Positions 1 through 12,695 of a stretch of DNA of 64,000 nt are shown one piece after another. The translations under genes were made by a program, and so were the position numbers. The stretch comes from Eledone cirrhosa. Lineage: Eukaryota. The first letter of the stretch is position 1. Each line of letters opens with the position of its first letter. The notes under the pieces are model-generated. The model was not told the DNA's origin, made no database searches, and was given only the letters and a program-made list of their open reading frames with translations. Where the stretch lies: NCBI GenBank assembly GCA_964016885.1, contig OZ024741.1:304978001-305042000 (forward strand). The letters are read 5' to 3'.

Positions 1-79
1 ATGCAGCATCAGATTGACAAGTTTGTTTGTGTATTTTCTCCGTGTGTGTCTGGAGTTTACATCCTATGTGAATGAAGTG

Positions 80-114
<35 letters not shown>

Positions 115-225
115 GTGTGTGTGTGTGTGTTAAGTATTTCCGTAGAAAAAGTAAAGGAAAGAAGAGTGCTCAATGTATCGTACAGAGCTATTTAATTACA
201 TAATAAACAACGCAATATAATTATT

Positions 226-303
226 CCATTACCAAAGGTTTCAAGAAACTAGACGATCCTTATAGAAACGTCCAGCCCGTGAAAGTTTGTATCATGAAGA
301 TGG
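226..303 (-). ncRNA. Degenerate type I hammerhead-like motif in a probable Penelope pLTR remnant
   Basis: Minus strand reads ccat-cttcatga (damaged CUGANGA), a stem II hairpin (ctggacg/cgtctag), then GAAAC-CTTTG-GTA-atgg. Stem I is ccat/atgg. A TA/TG tract lies nearby. Confidence 0.35.
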
Positions 304-337
304 TTGGGCAACTAACCAAAAAGTTGATGTGGGAGGG

Positions 338-409
338 GAAGAATTTCCATCTATTCTGGAATCAGAAGTCAGGGAGGCTTTGAATAGGGTGCCAACAACA
401 AAGCTGCTG
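338..409 (+). pseudogene. Tiny LINE ORF2 fragment (RTE-like)
   Basis: Translates EEFPSILESEVREALNRV, then by frameshift NNKAA. This resembles the 'ILxxEVxxALxxLKNNKAPG' motif upstream of LINE reverse transcriptases. Confidence 0.55.
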
Positions 410-1634
410 ATCTCTCTCTCTCTCTCTCTTGGTCTCTCTCTCTGTTGGTCTCTCTTGATGCTAGGCAAACAACCATCATCACATTACAGAAGTACAGTAA
501 ATATCTTTTGAATCATTGCATACACCACAACAACTTAAGCCTTGTTTTCTTACATTGTCAACAATAGCCTTGTAGCAGGTTATTAGATGAATAAATATAT
601 TTAAGTAGCGATCATGTTTTATTTGTTCATTCAACAGCATTTCACAGAGCGCTTTATATGGGACAAGTCTATCTTATACATACCCATCAAGCCAACAACA
701 TTATTGCTACATCTGTAATGCCACAATGAATATAAACCACTGAACAATGGACAATATCAGTTCTCACCACCAATAATCTACATTGCTACATCTAAACTAT
801 AATAAAGGAAGAAGTGCGGGACTGTATCCAGAATATATTTTTTTTATCCTGTTTGTAAAATAAGTTGGATTACTTTGAATAAATAATGAATGAATATTAC
901 ATAATTTATCTACTAAATTTTGTTATTCTTGATTAAAATAAATAATTTTGTTGCTTATTTTTTAAGATTCACTTCTTTAAAATTTTCAAATGTCAACACT
1001 TCCGGTTAGCGATCACTTAAATAAACATTCATATATTTCCGTTACTAATTTTCTCCTAATGCAGTTTATATATAATATCGTCTTTTTTTAATGTATCATG
1101 GATTACGTTACTGATTACATAAGACAGTGTAATGCAGTCTTCGTTCTATTTCTGTGTATATTGTCAATTACGATTTTATTTGATATATCATATCTACATT
1201 CATATATACTTGCATATAATATCAATATGCACGCTACACATGCTAGCAGTTTTTCTGCTAGTATATATAAAATAGTTTAGACAAGTTGATAACAACCAAA
1301 CAAAACAAAGAATAATTTAAAGCTCAAATGTGATTTTATAGTCCTCAGCAAGATAAGTAAATGACAGTTCAGGTTTTAATCCAATCAGTTAATTTCCAAT
1401 CACAGTAGTTTTACAATATCATAGAGCATATATGAAATAATAAAACAACCAGGATTAAATTACATCAAATTATTTAATTGATTTACGAACGTTTCTATCA
1501 ATACAATAAGATGCTCCATTATTTACCTCTGAACTGTTTCTTCAGAATCCATTAAACAATATAGATAACATATTTACCATCAATGTCCAGACATATCCAA
1601 TATATGTGGTGTGTTTGTGAGTATATATATATAT

Positions 1635-1819
1635 AAATAGTTGGATATAAATTATCACTCAAACGTAACATTACAACTGGTCACATGAATTACATGCTGG
1701 ATTTATACATAAAAAAACTCCTCCATGTATAAGATCCCAGGCCAAAAATAATAATTTGTTCAAGATTCAGTTCCAGATTCATTTCAACCAAAGTGTCCAC
1801 ACACAATCCAGTCCCGAAC

Positions 1820-1820
<1 letters not shown>
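1635..1820 (-). mobile_element. Inverted 5' duplicate arm of the Penelope-like element at 3203-4360
   Basis: Reverse complement of 3203-3388, 186 bp, with one mismatch seen. Flanked by TA tracts. Confidence 0.8.
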
Positions 1821-1871
<51 letters not shown>

Positions 1872-1926
1872 GTGTGTGTTTATTTATAAGTCTCTCTCTC
1901 TCTCTCTTTCCGCATATATATATATT

Positions 1927-2913
1927 CACATGCAGCATCTGTGCTGGGACAGCAAGCAGCAAACAGCCACAGGAAACAAGTACCACCAATCTCTGGGAGG
2001 GCTCTGTAGAAACAGTAGACAGCTTCTGCTACCTAGGTGACCGAATTAGCAGCGGAGGTGGGTGTTCAGAAAGTACAATAACTAGGGTAAGAACGGGATG
2101 GAAGAAGTTTAGGGAACTACTACCACTGCTAGCTGCAAAAGGCTTCTCCCTCAAAATGAAAGGCAGACTGTATGATGCGTGTATCCGAACAGCGATGTTG
2201 CATGGTAGTGAGACCTGGGCGCTGAAGGTGGAAGACTTACGTAGATTAGAGAGAAATGAAGCCTGCATGCTCCGATGGATGTGTAACAGTAATATACGTG
2301 AACGACAAAGCATAAATGAATTGAGAGAGAGAGACTGAGCATAAGAGGAATCAAATGCTGTGTGCAGGAGAGGCGGTTGCGCTGGTATGGACATGTGATG
2401 CATATGAAGGATGACAGCTGCATAAAAAGGTGCAGAGCACTAGAAGTCGATGGAAACCGTGGAGTGGGGAGACCCAAGATGACCTGGGATGAGGTGATAA
2501 AAGCTGTCCTTACCCAATTACACCTCTCAAAGGCAATGACGCACGACCGTGACCTCTGGCGTCACGCAGTAATACAGAGTACTCGACCTCCCATGGGTAC
2601 AAGCTGAAGCATATAGACAATATGCCCCCACACCCTCCCACTGCAAGGTGGTCGTGGAGGTGCCACGGCAAAAAAGCACCCAGCCCACACTGTAAAGTGG
2701 ACGTGTAGGCGCCAAGAAAAAGCACCCAGCACTCACTGTAAATGAGGTTGGTGTTAGGAAGGGCATCCAGCTGTAGAAATCAAGCCAAATCAGTTCCTGT
2801 ATGAGCAAGGCATGGTCAGCCGACCAGACACTGCCCACAACAGGACAACCCGTCTAACCCATGCTAGCGTGGAAGAACGGACATAAAACGGTGATGATGA
2901 TGATGATGATGAT
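1927..2913 (+). mobile_element. 5'-truncated RTE-clade LINE: ORF C-terminus, 3' UTR and (GAT)n tail
   Basis: Encodes VDSFCYLGDRISSGGGC...GWKKFRELLPLL...LHGSETWAL...RRLRWYGHV...GRPKMTW. One frameshift in the (GA)n tract near 2330, stop at 2607, tail ends in (GAT)n. Confidence 0.9.
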
Positions 2914-2968
2914 ATATATATATATATGTTTATTTATAAGTCTCTCTCTCTCTCTCTACATATATATA

Positions 2969-3010
<42 letters not shown>

Positions 3011-3041
3011 GAGAGAGAGAGAGAGAGAGACTTATAAATAA

Positions 3042-3081
<40 letters not shown>

Positions 3082-3151
3082 TTATTTATAAGTCTCTCTC
3101 TCTCTCTCTGCATATATATATATATATATATATATAAATATATATATATGT

Positions 3152-3202
<51 letters not shown>
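2914..3202. repeat. Compound TA/TC/TG microsatellite with alternating-orientation 'gtttatttataagtctctc' modules
   Basis: The module occurs at about 1878 (+), 2928 (+), 3030 (-) and 3080 (+). Confidence 0.85.
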
Positions 3203-3203
<1 letters not shown>

Positions 3204-4360
3204 GTTCGGGACTGGATTGTGTGTGGACACTTTGGTTGAAATGAATCTGGAACTGAATCTTGAACAAATTATTATTTTCGGCCTGGGATCTTATACATGG
3301 AGGAGTTTTTTTATGTATAAATCCAGCATGTAATTCATGTGACCAGTTGTAATGTTACGTTTGAGTGATAATTTATATCCAACTATTTTGTAATTTTGAA
3401 TGATCTACATATGTTGAGTTATTTAGACGGATTGGTTTTCTACCGACATTCCCAATTCTATTTAACCCCTAGACATTCGTGAAATATGTAACCAATTAGA
3501 CTAGCCTATACGGTTAATATACATGTGTAATAACTTTGCCAGTTGGTTTTACAGTAACTAATATAATAAGATTGCTACAGCCCTTTCTTACTATAACCCC
3601 GATCGCTTGTGCATAGCCTGCTTTTTATGTCGTGCCTGTCTATATACTTGTTATACTCAGCTCTATCCTGTATTAACCATAATTTGCTTGTGTATGGCTT
3701 GCACTTATGTGATACCCACCTATATGCTTGTGGAGCACCCATTGGCTACGTAATTCGGATACCTACCAGTATACCTTGTGTATGTATAACATGGCGGGGA
3801 TTCTGATTACTGTGGTCTTGCTGGATGTACTGCAAGGACCTCCTAATGCTTATATAATTATAAGTTACGGGGATCCTATCCACTCATTTTGGTAGGAACC
3901 AGCGCTTAAATTCTTCTTTGTTTTTATTTCTTATTAAAAAAAATTTTTTTTTAATTTTTTACTTTTTACTCTTTATATTATCTTCCTTTTATTTATTTAT
4001 TTTTTATTATTTTTTATTACTTTATTATTTTTTATTATTTTTTTATTATGTTTTAACCATTGCCTGTATCTTTTGCTTTTGCTTTTGTGTGCCATCAATT
4101 ATATCTGCATTGTGGAATCCACTTGGGCCCTGGCATTTAGCTTTGGTGATTAACAACCCCAACATGAACACCCTCCTTGTTTGCCATCTCCGATTTCCTC
4201 TTTTGCATTCTGATTGTTCAAGTGACTAGGCTCTGTGGAGCTTATACTCAGCACTGTGTTTATTAAGCTCTTAGGATTCCTAACAAAAAGTATGGATGAA
4301 ACATTGTAAGCAAATAAAAACTGTTTGAGTATGTAAGCGTTCTTTGGTTTCTTTTAAATA
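3203..4360 (+). mobile_element. 3' end of a Penelope-like element: GIY-YIG C-terminal remnant plus pseudo-LTR
   Basis: 3201-3333 translates FGTGLC...LNLEQIIIFGLGSY, resembling the PLE endonuclease C-terminal 'NLEQKxIFxLG' motif. A hammerhead motif and AATAAA lie near the 3' end, there is an inverted 5' copy, and the element sits between TA tracts. Confidence 0.65.
4230..4311 (+). ncRNA. Degenerate type I hammerhead ribozyme motif
   Basis: gct-CTGTGGA (A6>T)-gcttatact...agtatggat-GAAAC-ATT-GTA-agc, with AATAAA at 4313. Confidence 0.55.
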
Positions 4361-4385
4361 TAAATATATATATATATATGCACAT

Positions 4386-4833
4386 GAGGCGCATGGCTTA
4401 GTGGTTATAGCATTGGGCTTGCAATCGAAAGGTTGTGAGTTCAATTCTCGGACCGAGTGATGTGTTGTTTCCTTGAGCAATTATTTCACATTGCTCCAGT
4501 TTACTCAGCTGTAGAAATGAGATGATAGGACTGGGTCCCTATCATTCCACTGCAAAGTGGTCGTGGAGGTGCCACAGCAAAGAAGCACCCAGCCCACACT
4601 GTAAAGTGGACGTGTAGGCGCCACGGAAAAAAAGCACCCAGCACTCACTGTAAATGAGGTTGGTGTTAGGAAGGGCATCCAGCTGTAGAAATCATGCCAG
4701 AATCAGTTCCAGTATGAGCAAGACAAGGTCAGCCGACTGGACACTGCCCACAACAGGATAACCTGTCTAACCCTTGCTAGCATAGAAGAATGGACGTAAA
4801 ATGGTGATATATGATGATGATGATGATGATGAT
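4386..4833 (+). mobile_element. tRNA-derived SINE with a central domain and an RTE-derived 3' tail
   Basis: A box TGGCTTAGTGG, B box GAGTTCAATTC, central tgtgttgtttccttgagcaa. From 4547 onward it matches RTE 3' UTR 2638-2913 and ends in (GAT)n. Confidence 0.9.
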
Positions 4834-4844
4834 ATATATATATA

Positions 4845-5003
4845 TAATGAAGGAAGTATGGTAAGGAAGATGGACCATAACGCACCAGAGTACTCAATAC
4901 TTAGGGTAGTAGAGTGGGTAATAGGAAAATGCTAGACCCCGAAGACAGAGCTCAAGCCGTTTCGATGGCTATTTCTGGAGTCCAGAAATAGCCGTTGAAA
5001 TGA
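4845..5003 (-). mobile_element. Short TA-associated pLTR-like element with a half hammerhead and a fold-back hairpin
   Basis: Homologous to 29445-29522 and 63651-63768. Minus strand reads GAAAC-ggcttgagctct-GTC-ttcggggtc. The hairpin is centred at 4980. Confidence 0.6.
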
Positions 5004-5164
5004 TGTAAAACACCCACAAAACCCAGCTTACACTTGGGAATGCAGGTATCCCTTCAATAGTACTATTTGTTTCAGTTTCTTTTTAAGCATCCCCAAATGT
5101 ACTATTTGATTTGGCTTCTTTTTAAGCATCCCCAGTCCAACACAGGGTTAAATTCCCAGCTATT

Positions 5165-5405
5165 TTTGCTGGTACTCATTTTCAGCTGAGAATACTGAAG
5201 CAACATGAAATTAAATGTTTTGCTCAAGAACATAACACACAACTCGGCCCAGGAATTGAACCCACAACATTATGACCACAAGTCCAACACCCTACCACTA
5301 GGCTACTCATCTCCACAAAAGGGTTAAAGTGCAGAGTGCTTGAAGAAATACCATTGAATCTTCTATCCAATACTTCAGCAACTCTTCCAATTCACCACCT
5401 TTAGT
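5165..5405 (-). mobile_element. Old SINE fragments (tRNA-type head, plus a fragment of the second SINE family)
   Basis: Reverse-strand A/B-box-like head and central domain, diverged. Confidence 0.55.
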
Positions 5406-5591
5406 AATGTGAAACATTTGAGGAATGAGAACATGATTCACCTGCAGTTTACTTGGAAGATTGCTTGCAATTTGTTTGTTCTTTTTCTATTTTTGATTGA
5501 TATTGAATTTCATAGAATTATCTATATTGAGACAAACAATTTTTGCAGAATAGATACTGCTTTCGAAAGAAAAGTAGCAGAAATTATATTT

Positions 5592-6015
5592 CATCATCAT
5601 TGTCATAATCATCATCATCATCATCATTGTCATCATCATCAACATCATCATCAGCATCGTCATCACCGCTTTCATCATCATCACCATCATCATCATTTTA
5701 TGTCCGCTTTCCAGGTTTTGTTCATGTATTCCATTTAGGCATGGTTTCTGCACCTGAATGTCACTCTTAATGCCAACCACTTCACTGCATGCACTGGGTG
5801 CATTTTATCAAGGCATCAGCACTTTCACATTACAGAGTGTACTAAGTGTATTTTATCATAGCACCAGCATTGCCACTTTACAGAGTGAACTGGGTGTTTT
5901 TTATTGTGGCACCAGCACTACCTCTTACAGACTATAACAAGTGCATTTCATCATGGCAGCAGCACTACAACTTGGCTATTGGCTGCATTTTATTGTGACA
6001 TCAACACTACAACTT
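5592..6015 (-). mobile_element. Old SINE/LINE tail with (CAT)n and expanded ~48-bp units
   Basis: (CAT)n at 5592-5696, followed by the reverse complement of the tail and about 5 degenerate units. Confidence 0.7.
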
Positions 6016-6959
6016 GAGAAGTGAGGAAATCATGACAGAAGGCCTTGTGGAAGGAGTAATGGCAGCTTCATATCTGTTACTGATAGAGAGCTAGGAGGAG
6101 GGAATGTACAGGGAGAAAGAGTGGGTGCAAATGGAGGATGATGGGTGCTAGCCATGACCTTGGAGAGATGGAATGATGTTTCACTAGGTTGCAGTGGTGG
6201 GGGTGGTGTGGAAAGAATACATCATGAGACAGAAAAGTAGGACTGGAAATATGTAAGATTAAAAGTATCCCTCTTTATATGGGCAACATTCAGCTACTCT
6301 TAAGTCTCAAATAATAGGGGTGGGGGTGGGGGAATAAGCGGGGTGGGGGTTGGTAATTTTTCTATGTTGTCTCCATTGATTTAAAAAAAAACATTTAGTT
6401 TAAATATTGAGACCCCAACCTATCTTATTTATTTTATGGATTTCTACTAATGTACTTTTTTTTATGTATAATGTTTTTCATGTATAAAGAAAATTGTTAC
6501 AGGAATGCTACCACTTAAAATAAAATTTCGCTGGAGATAGATTAGCAAAATTTAATGGTGAAGGGTGGGGGTGGAATAAGAGCGGGGATGTAGATGGGTG
6601 GAAAAAATCTTAAAAATTAACAAGTGGATGGTGGGGACGATTATTCGAGACCCAAGAGTAAAGAAAATATCAGAGTGGAAATGTCTGAAGGTAGTGGAAG
6701 TCGAACAGATCCTAAGCTACCTCTAGTTTATGGGCAGTGTGGTACAGAGAATGAAAGAAGGTGAGTGGTAATGACTTGAAAAGAGGGTTTGAGTGAGATA
6801 TATTGAATAAGATAGTCAAGAGGATAGGAGGATGTGTGTAGCAAAGCAACAAATTAATAGAAAGAGGGTGTCCTAACAAGAGTCTATAGGGTATTATGTT
6901 TGCAACAGTGACTGGGTCTTTTCCAGCACCATGAGTCACCAATCAACGATTGGCAATCA

Positions 6960-7150
6960 TGGTGGATTGGCAGTATTGGTAGAGGGTCGGACGCCATGCT
7001 TTGACGCATAGAGTTACGGCCCTTGCCATTCTGAGTTCAAATCCCGCCGAGGTTAACTTTGCCTTTCATCCTTACGGGGGTCGATAAAATAAAGTACCAG
7101 TAATGCACTAAGTAATTGCTGGCCTTGTGCCAAAAGTAGAAACAATTATA
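6960..7150 (+). mobile_element. Young short SINE (second family), intact copy
   Basis: ggcagtattggtagagggtcggacgcc...GAGTTCAAATCCcgccgaggttaactttgcctttcatcc...aaagtaccag. Nearly identical to the copy at 30010. Confidence 0.85.
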
Positions 7151-7154
7151 GCCC

Positions 7155-7615
7155 TTTGTCATGTCTGTCATGAAATTCAGCTCCATGAAGTCAGTTTTCA
7201 CCACTTTATATCAAGTCTTCTTAGGCCTACTTCTTCTATCTTTGCCATCAACTACAAAAGCTCAACATTTCTTTATATAACTGCCATCCTCCATATGCAT
7301 AACATGTCCAAACCAATGTAACCTTCCCTCTTGGATACTATAACTGATCCTTCTTATATCTGTATTTACTATCAACTCATCTAGGATCTCTCATCCATAC
7401 ACATTACCCATCCAGTGGAGCATGTTTGCCTCCTTTCTTTCCAGCCACTTCAGATCTTCTGCATGCAAGGCCAAGGTCTCACTACCATGCAACATCACTA
7501 TTCATACACAAGTATCATACAGTTTGCCTTTCACCCAGAGAGAAAACTCTTTTATTGCCAGCAGTGGTAATAGCTATTTGAACTTTTCCCATCCCATTTT
7601 TATTCTACCAACTCA
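7155..7615 (-). pseudogene. Degenerate RTE ORF C-terminal fragment
   Basis: Reverse complement is similar to 2080-2500 (GWEKF...HGSETLAL...MLHWM). Confidence 0.7.
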
Positions 7616-7687
7616 TACGACATGCAGGATATCATGTACTGATTCTAAACAAGATACACATCGCCTATATGTTTCAGTTAATTTTCA

Positions 7688-8015
7688 AGGGAAGAGCATC
7701 CGGCTGTAGAAACCAAACCAAAATTGGTTCTGTATGAACAAGACATGGTAACCTGACCTGGCATTACTCACAACAGGATAACTTGTCTAACCCATGCCCA
7801 AATGGACGTTAAACGGAGATGGTGGTGATGATGATGAATCAAGAATTTAGAGAAATTTAATAAATTAATTAAGGTGTCTAATTGGCAGAATCCTTAGAGC
7901 ATCACATTAGATGCTTCTTCGCGTTTTTGTGACTCTCTGTTTCCTGAGTTCAATTTTTGCTGAAGTCAACTTTCTTTTTCGTCATTATAGGGTTAATAAA
8001 GTAAAGTACCAGTCT
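7688..8015 (+). mobile_element. SINE/RTE tail fragment followed by an old copy of the short SINE
   Basis: ggaagagcatccggctgtagaaacc...(gat)n, then ggcagaatccttagagc...aaagtaccag. Confidence 0.65.
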
Positions 8016-8126
8016 ATGGTGGTGGTTTAGTGGAAATGTTAGGGTGTCAGACAAGATACCTTATGGTAATGTTCTGGTTCTTTGTGTTCTCAGTTCTTTG
8101 GTAGAAGAGTTAATCTGTCACTCTGT

Positions 8127-8428
8127 TTAACCTTTTTAATACCAACCTACCTAAAATCTATTTTGGTTCTATATTACAAAATTGTACATTTTAACCCTTT
8201 AGTTACCAACCTGGCCAAAACCTGCTCCAGGTCTATGAAATAAAACTACTAATTTTAAAGGTTTTCAATTTATATTAAAATCTTCCAACATAATTTTATA
8301 TAACCTTACATCAAGTTATTATCTTAATAATGAAATAATTAATAATTTTAGTAAATCCTTTCAAAATTCTTCACTAATTGATTAAAATAGAGTGTATTTC
8401 ATTAGAAATATGGCCATGCAAGGGTTAA
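8127..8428. mobile_element. TTAA-flanked piggyBac-like MITE family (also about 9634-10060, 15503-15771, 16365-16558, 56332-56860, 57740-57987, 59838-60090)
   Basis: Recurrent ends ttaaccctt...aagggttaa. Most copies share an AT-rich interior, and some have tandemly duplicated internal units. Confidence 0.55.
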
Positions 8429-10356
8429 AGTGCATATATTTATCTAAAAATTTCCATTGTAATTTCATATAAAATCTTTTATTAAGTAACATTCCAAACA
8501 CCTGCTTAATAATGAGAAAATTTGTTATATTACTAAATATCAATGACTTGGGAATACCTTCCTCCATTCTCTCTCATCAGTTTCAATGACCACCAAAAGA
8601 ACCACGGGCTCCTTTCTTCTCTCCTTGACTAAAAAAAGCTTTGAATAAAATATTTTATGCAAAAATATCAGCTACACGCTACAAAATTGATTTATTATGG
8701 AATGTGAAGCATAAATTGTAAAACCCATGCTGTATGGCTTTCTTAATTCATTGAACTTGTATAATCAATACAGCTAGTAAGCTCCATACATTTATCATAT
8801 TTCAAATATATCTGAATATGTGTATATATATATATATGCATATATGGTATGTCTGGATATGTGTATGTAATATCTATTCATATTCACAGAAATAAACACA
8901 CATACACATATACATGTAGACATACACATACACATGCAGAATCAGAGATACACACACATTAGAAAATGAATATGATAAAGCGATAAGCTCCCAAAGAAGT
9001 AAGCCTGCGACCCAATTTAAATTCATGATTGCAGCTATTTATGTGTTTGATCCCTTTAATCACAAAATGTTAAGCTCCATTTATAATTCTAGTAGTTTAT
9101 AGGAAATAAATATTTATTCTTATTCTATTTTTTATGTTAAAAAAGAGAAAGAGCTGCAATTATAAACAATTCTTTCTTCCAGAAATTCAATTTAATTTTA
9201 AATTCAGAAATCAACTATTGATTGTGATAAATTTACCATTTTATTTCATTGCACTCTAACAGAAGGAAGAAACTCTACACCAATTTCATTATAGAAGAAA
9301 AAGAAAAAGATGGACAAAGAAGTATAGTAGTGTTTGTAAATCTAAAAATTACAAATAGATTTTACTCCCCAAAATATCTCGGAAATCAATTCTATTGATT
9401 TAAACTACTGAAGTGATGCCAAGTGTCCAGTAGAAACAACCAAATTACCCTCTGCACTGATAATGTCTAAAGAAAGTAGCAATGCTACTACAGAAAACTA
9501 TCTTGGAATGAAGCTATTTAAGTCTTCTTCACTGTAAAATTGAAGTAGACCCATGTTTTGTTTGCTTTCACCACTGAACAACACTAGACTCTACCAATAC
9601 AGTACTTATGTACTAAGATTTTGTGTGTGACTATTTAACCCTTTTGTGACAATATGTCTCATTAAATACATTCCTTTCAATTAATTAATGAAGAATTCTG
9701 AGGGATTTATTAAAATTATTAATTATTTCATTACTAAGATGGTTACTTAACTAAGGTTCCTATATAAAATTATATTGGAAAATTTTAACTAAAATAGGAA
9801 TCCTTTAAAATGGTGGTTTTATTTCATAGAACCAGAGTTAATTTTAGTTGAGTTGATATCAAAGGGATTAATGAAAAATTTTTGAGAAGTTTACTAAAAC
9901 TATTAATTATTTTATTACTGAGATACTAACTTAACATATTGTTTTTATATAAAATAATGTCAAATTTTGATTTAAATAAGAACCCTGTAAAATGGGTGCA
10001 TTTTTTTGTTTCATAGAACCAGAGTCTGTTTCCCTTGGGTTGGTATCAAAATGGTTTGGCCTTTTTTGATGTAAAATTGAAATAAACTCATGTTTTGTTT
10101 GCTCTCACCAGAGAACAACACTAAACTCTACTAGTACAGTATGTAATGTACTAGTAATGTATGAAGATTCTGTATTAGGGTGTCTACTTAAACCAACACC
10201 TGATTGATTAACAATAGCTTATTAAATTTATTCTTCCCTTCCAGTCTCACCTTTTATCTATTAATACTTCAAAATGTATGTTAAAACAGAAATGTTATTC
10301 TGCTGTATTTTTTATAGCATCAACCTCAGAATAATAGTTTACAATTAGTATAAATG

Positions 10357-10678
10357 TATGGACCTGTTACTCCCGATGGAGTCGTAGGGGTGCCATAGTA
10401 GCATACAGCATGTCTTGGGCATTTTCAACCTGGCAGAACCCATCCCCTCTCCAAGTCTGAACATATAACTGATTTCTTCCAGAGATAGAGAAAGGAAGTG
10501 AGAAAGAGATACAGAGGAAGAATTGACTCCATTACTAGACTGGTACATTTTTAATGACCTCAAAAGGATGAAAGGCAAATTTTATCTCAGCGGGTTTTGA
10601 ACTCAGAATGCAGAGGGCCAGAAGAAATATTGGAAATCATTCTATCCAACATTCTAATGACTCTGTCAATTGGCCATT
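10357..10678. mobile_element. SINE-associated repeat (related to 14222-14452 and 19935-20100) joined to a reverse-strand short SINE
   Basis: Shares tatgg...actcc.gat.gagt.gtaggg.gcc.ta...cttgggcattt and a GA-rich tract with those copies. Confidence 0.6.
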
Positions 10679-10782
10679 AAGTTATATAGCTAACACTCTA
10701 AGAAATAGATAGTTCCCCACCCCTACACTTTCTTAACACCTAACGTCCTGTAAGGTTTAGCAGAAAATATTTAAAGACGAAT

Positions 10783-11070
10783 TTGTTAATTCAAATGTTT
10801 ATAGTATCTTTACTAGTGGGTAGAAATAAACTAAAGTAAAGACTTCAATTTTTAATGTGATGCAATCATAATGCTGTTTTATACTTTTCAAGAATGTCTT
10901 GCTAATGCAGTTTTACATGGCTTGTTAATTCAAATACTTGTCTTTTTACTAGTGAAGTGATTGTTGTGAAAAGTTGAAGTAAATTTTAGTAAAAACTTCA
11001 ATTTTTAATGTGATGCAGTCATAGTGCTGTTTTGTACTTTTCAAGAATGTTTTCCTAATACAGTTTCATG
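10783..11070. repeat. Local tandem duplication, ~140-bp unit x2
   Basis: ttgttaattcaaat...cttcaatttttaatgtgatgca...ttttcaagaatgt occurs twice. Confidence 0.75.
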
Positions 11071-11812
11071 TGGTGCATGATGTTAAGAGTTAAAAACACA
11101 GCCATTTCCAAATGAAACTTGCTATGGTACCATTATGTCACTGGGGAGAATACACTGGACTATTTTTCACCAGTTTTATATCCATTTTTCCATGTAGGCA
11201 TGTGTTGATCAGAATCTAGAACTTATCCTGTTTCATGTAGTGTTAAGTGACTGACAGTACAAGACATATACTTGGATAAGATATCAGTTCATTACAAGGT
11301 TGCCCCTCCCCCAGCTGCAACTGTTGGTACTCATTTTCAGTTGAATGGACTGGAGTAACATGAAATAAAGTGCTTTGTTCAAGAACACAATGCACCACTC
11401 ATTGGCAGAGAACATTGACTTCTTGAATGAATGAAGACATTTTAGAACATTTAAAACATTTTCCTCATACATTTTTCTGTCCATGCATTTAATTGTATTT
11501 CAGGAATTCTAAATAAATAAAAAAAAAGAAGAATTTAGTGTCAGTGTGTGACAGACAGATAAAAAACAATACAATAATCATAATATAAATTCTGGCTGTT
11601 TACCAAATTATATAATGCACAACAGAGAGAATCCTTACTTACTGCTATTGCTAAAAAGAAAAGAGAATACCTTTTTTAACTTGCAGTTATATTTGCATGA
11701 ATTATATATGTGCACTTGTGTTCTATGTTGCATTGATTGCTTAGTTCCACAGAGAGCTAAGATGCAGCATGCCCTTTACTTTTAAAACTTACTTTAAAAC
11801 TTATTGCCTCCC

Positions 11813-12045
<233 letters not shown>

Positions 12046-12047
12046 AG

Positions 12048-12521
12048 TATAGCAGAGATGTGCAACCAAGCGAATACCCTCCATCAGGCATCTACCATAC
12101 TCTGAGCGCCTTGCTTCCCTGGGCATGGATTCATTGAAGCTCCGACGCCTGGCAACTGACTTGGTAAACACCCACAAAATTGTTAACCATGTTGCCAACA
12201 ACAACCCTGAGTACCTTTTCGATTTCCATGTGTCTAACACACGTGGACATGCCCACAAAGTAAGAAAACAGCACAGTTCCCATGACTTTCGGAAACATTT
12301 TTTCACGCTCAGAGTTGCTGAAGCATGGAACAAACTACCTGCATCAGTTGTTAGCTGTCGAGACACTGCATCCTTTAAGGCCTCCATGCTTCCCGAGATC
12401 CACCAACACTACAGCTAACACATACACACATATACTTCCCTGACATTTGTGTATTATTCTATGTACTATATTGATGAGTTGTAGTGCACCTGAGCACTTT
12501 ACACAATAATTTCATCATTAT
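12048..12521 (+). mobile_element. 5'-truncated CR1-clade LINE 3' end
   Basis: Encodes [30 protein letters not shown]...NTRGHAHK...RKHFFTLRVAEAWNKLP, stop at 12418. Same family as 28205-28835. Confidence 0.9.
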
Positions 12522-12650
12522 GAGTATAAACGGGTAAATGTATGTTAATATGATGTATGGTTGTGTATATTTGTATATGTGCATGCATAACTCTATATAT
12601 GTATGTATGTAAGAATATATGTGTCTACATGTGGAGAAGTATGAAATATG

Positions 12651-12695
<45 letters not shown>

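Noticed and set aside
4386-4458. tRNA gene (GCA anticodon-like), also at 58463
   Set aside because: It has no proper acceptor stem or poly-T terminator and continues into a repeated SINE body.
6315-6635. G-rich tracts as a regulatory G-quadruplex or promoter
   Set aside because: They look like repeated subterminal motifs of an old TA-flanked MITE (actcttaagtctcaaataat ... attattcgagacccaagagta), and no linked gene is visible.
9535-10150. Direct repeats flanking the MITE-like block, read as LTRs
   Set aside because: They are short (~75 bp) and diverged, with no TG...CA ends, PBS or PPT. An old local duplication is more likely.
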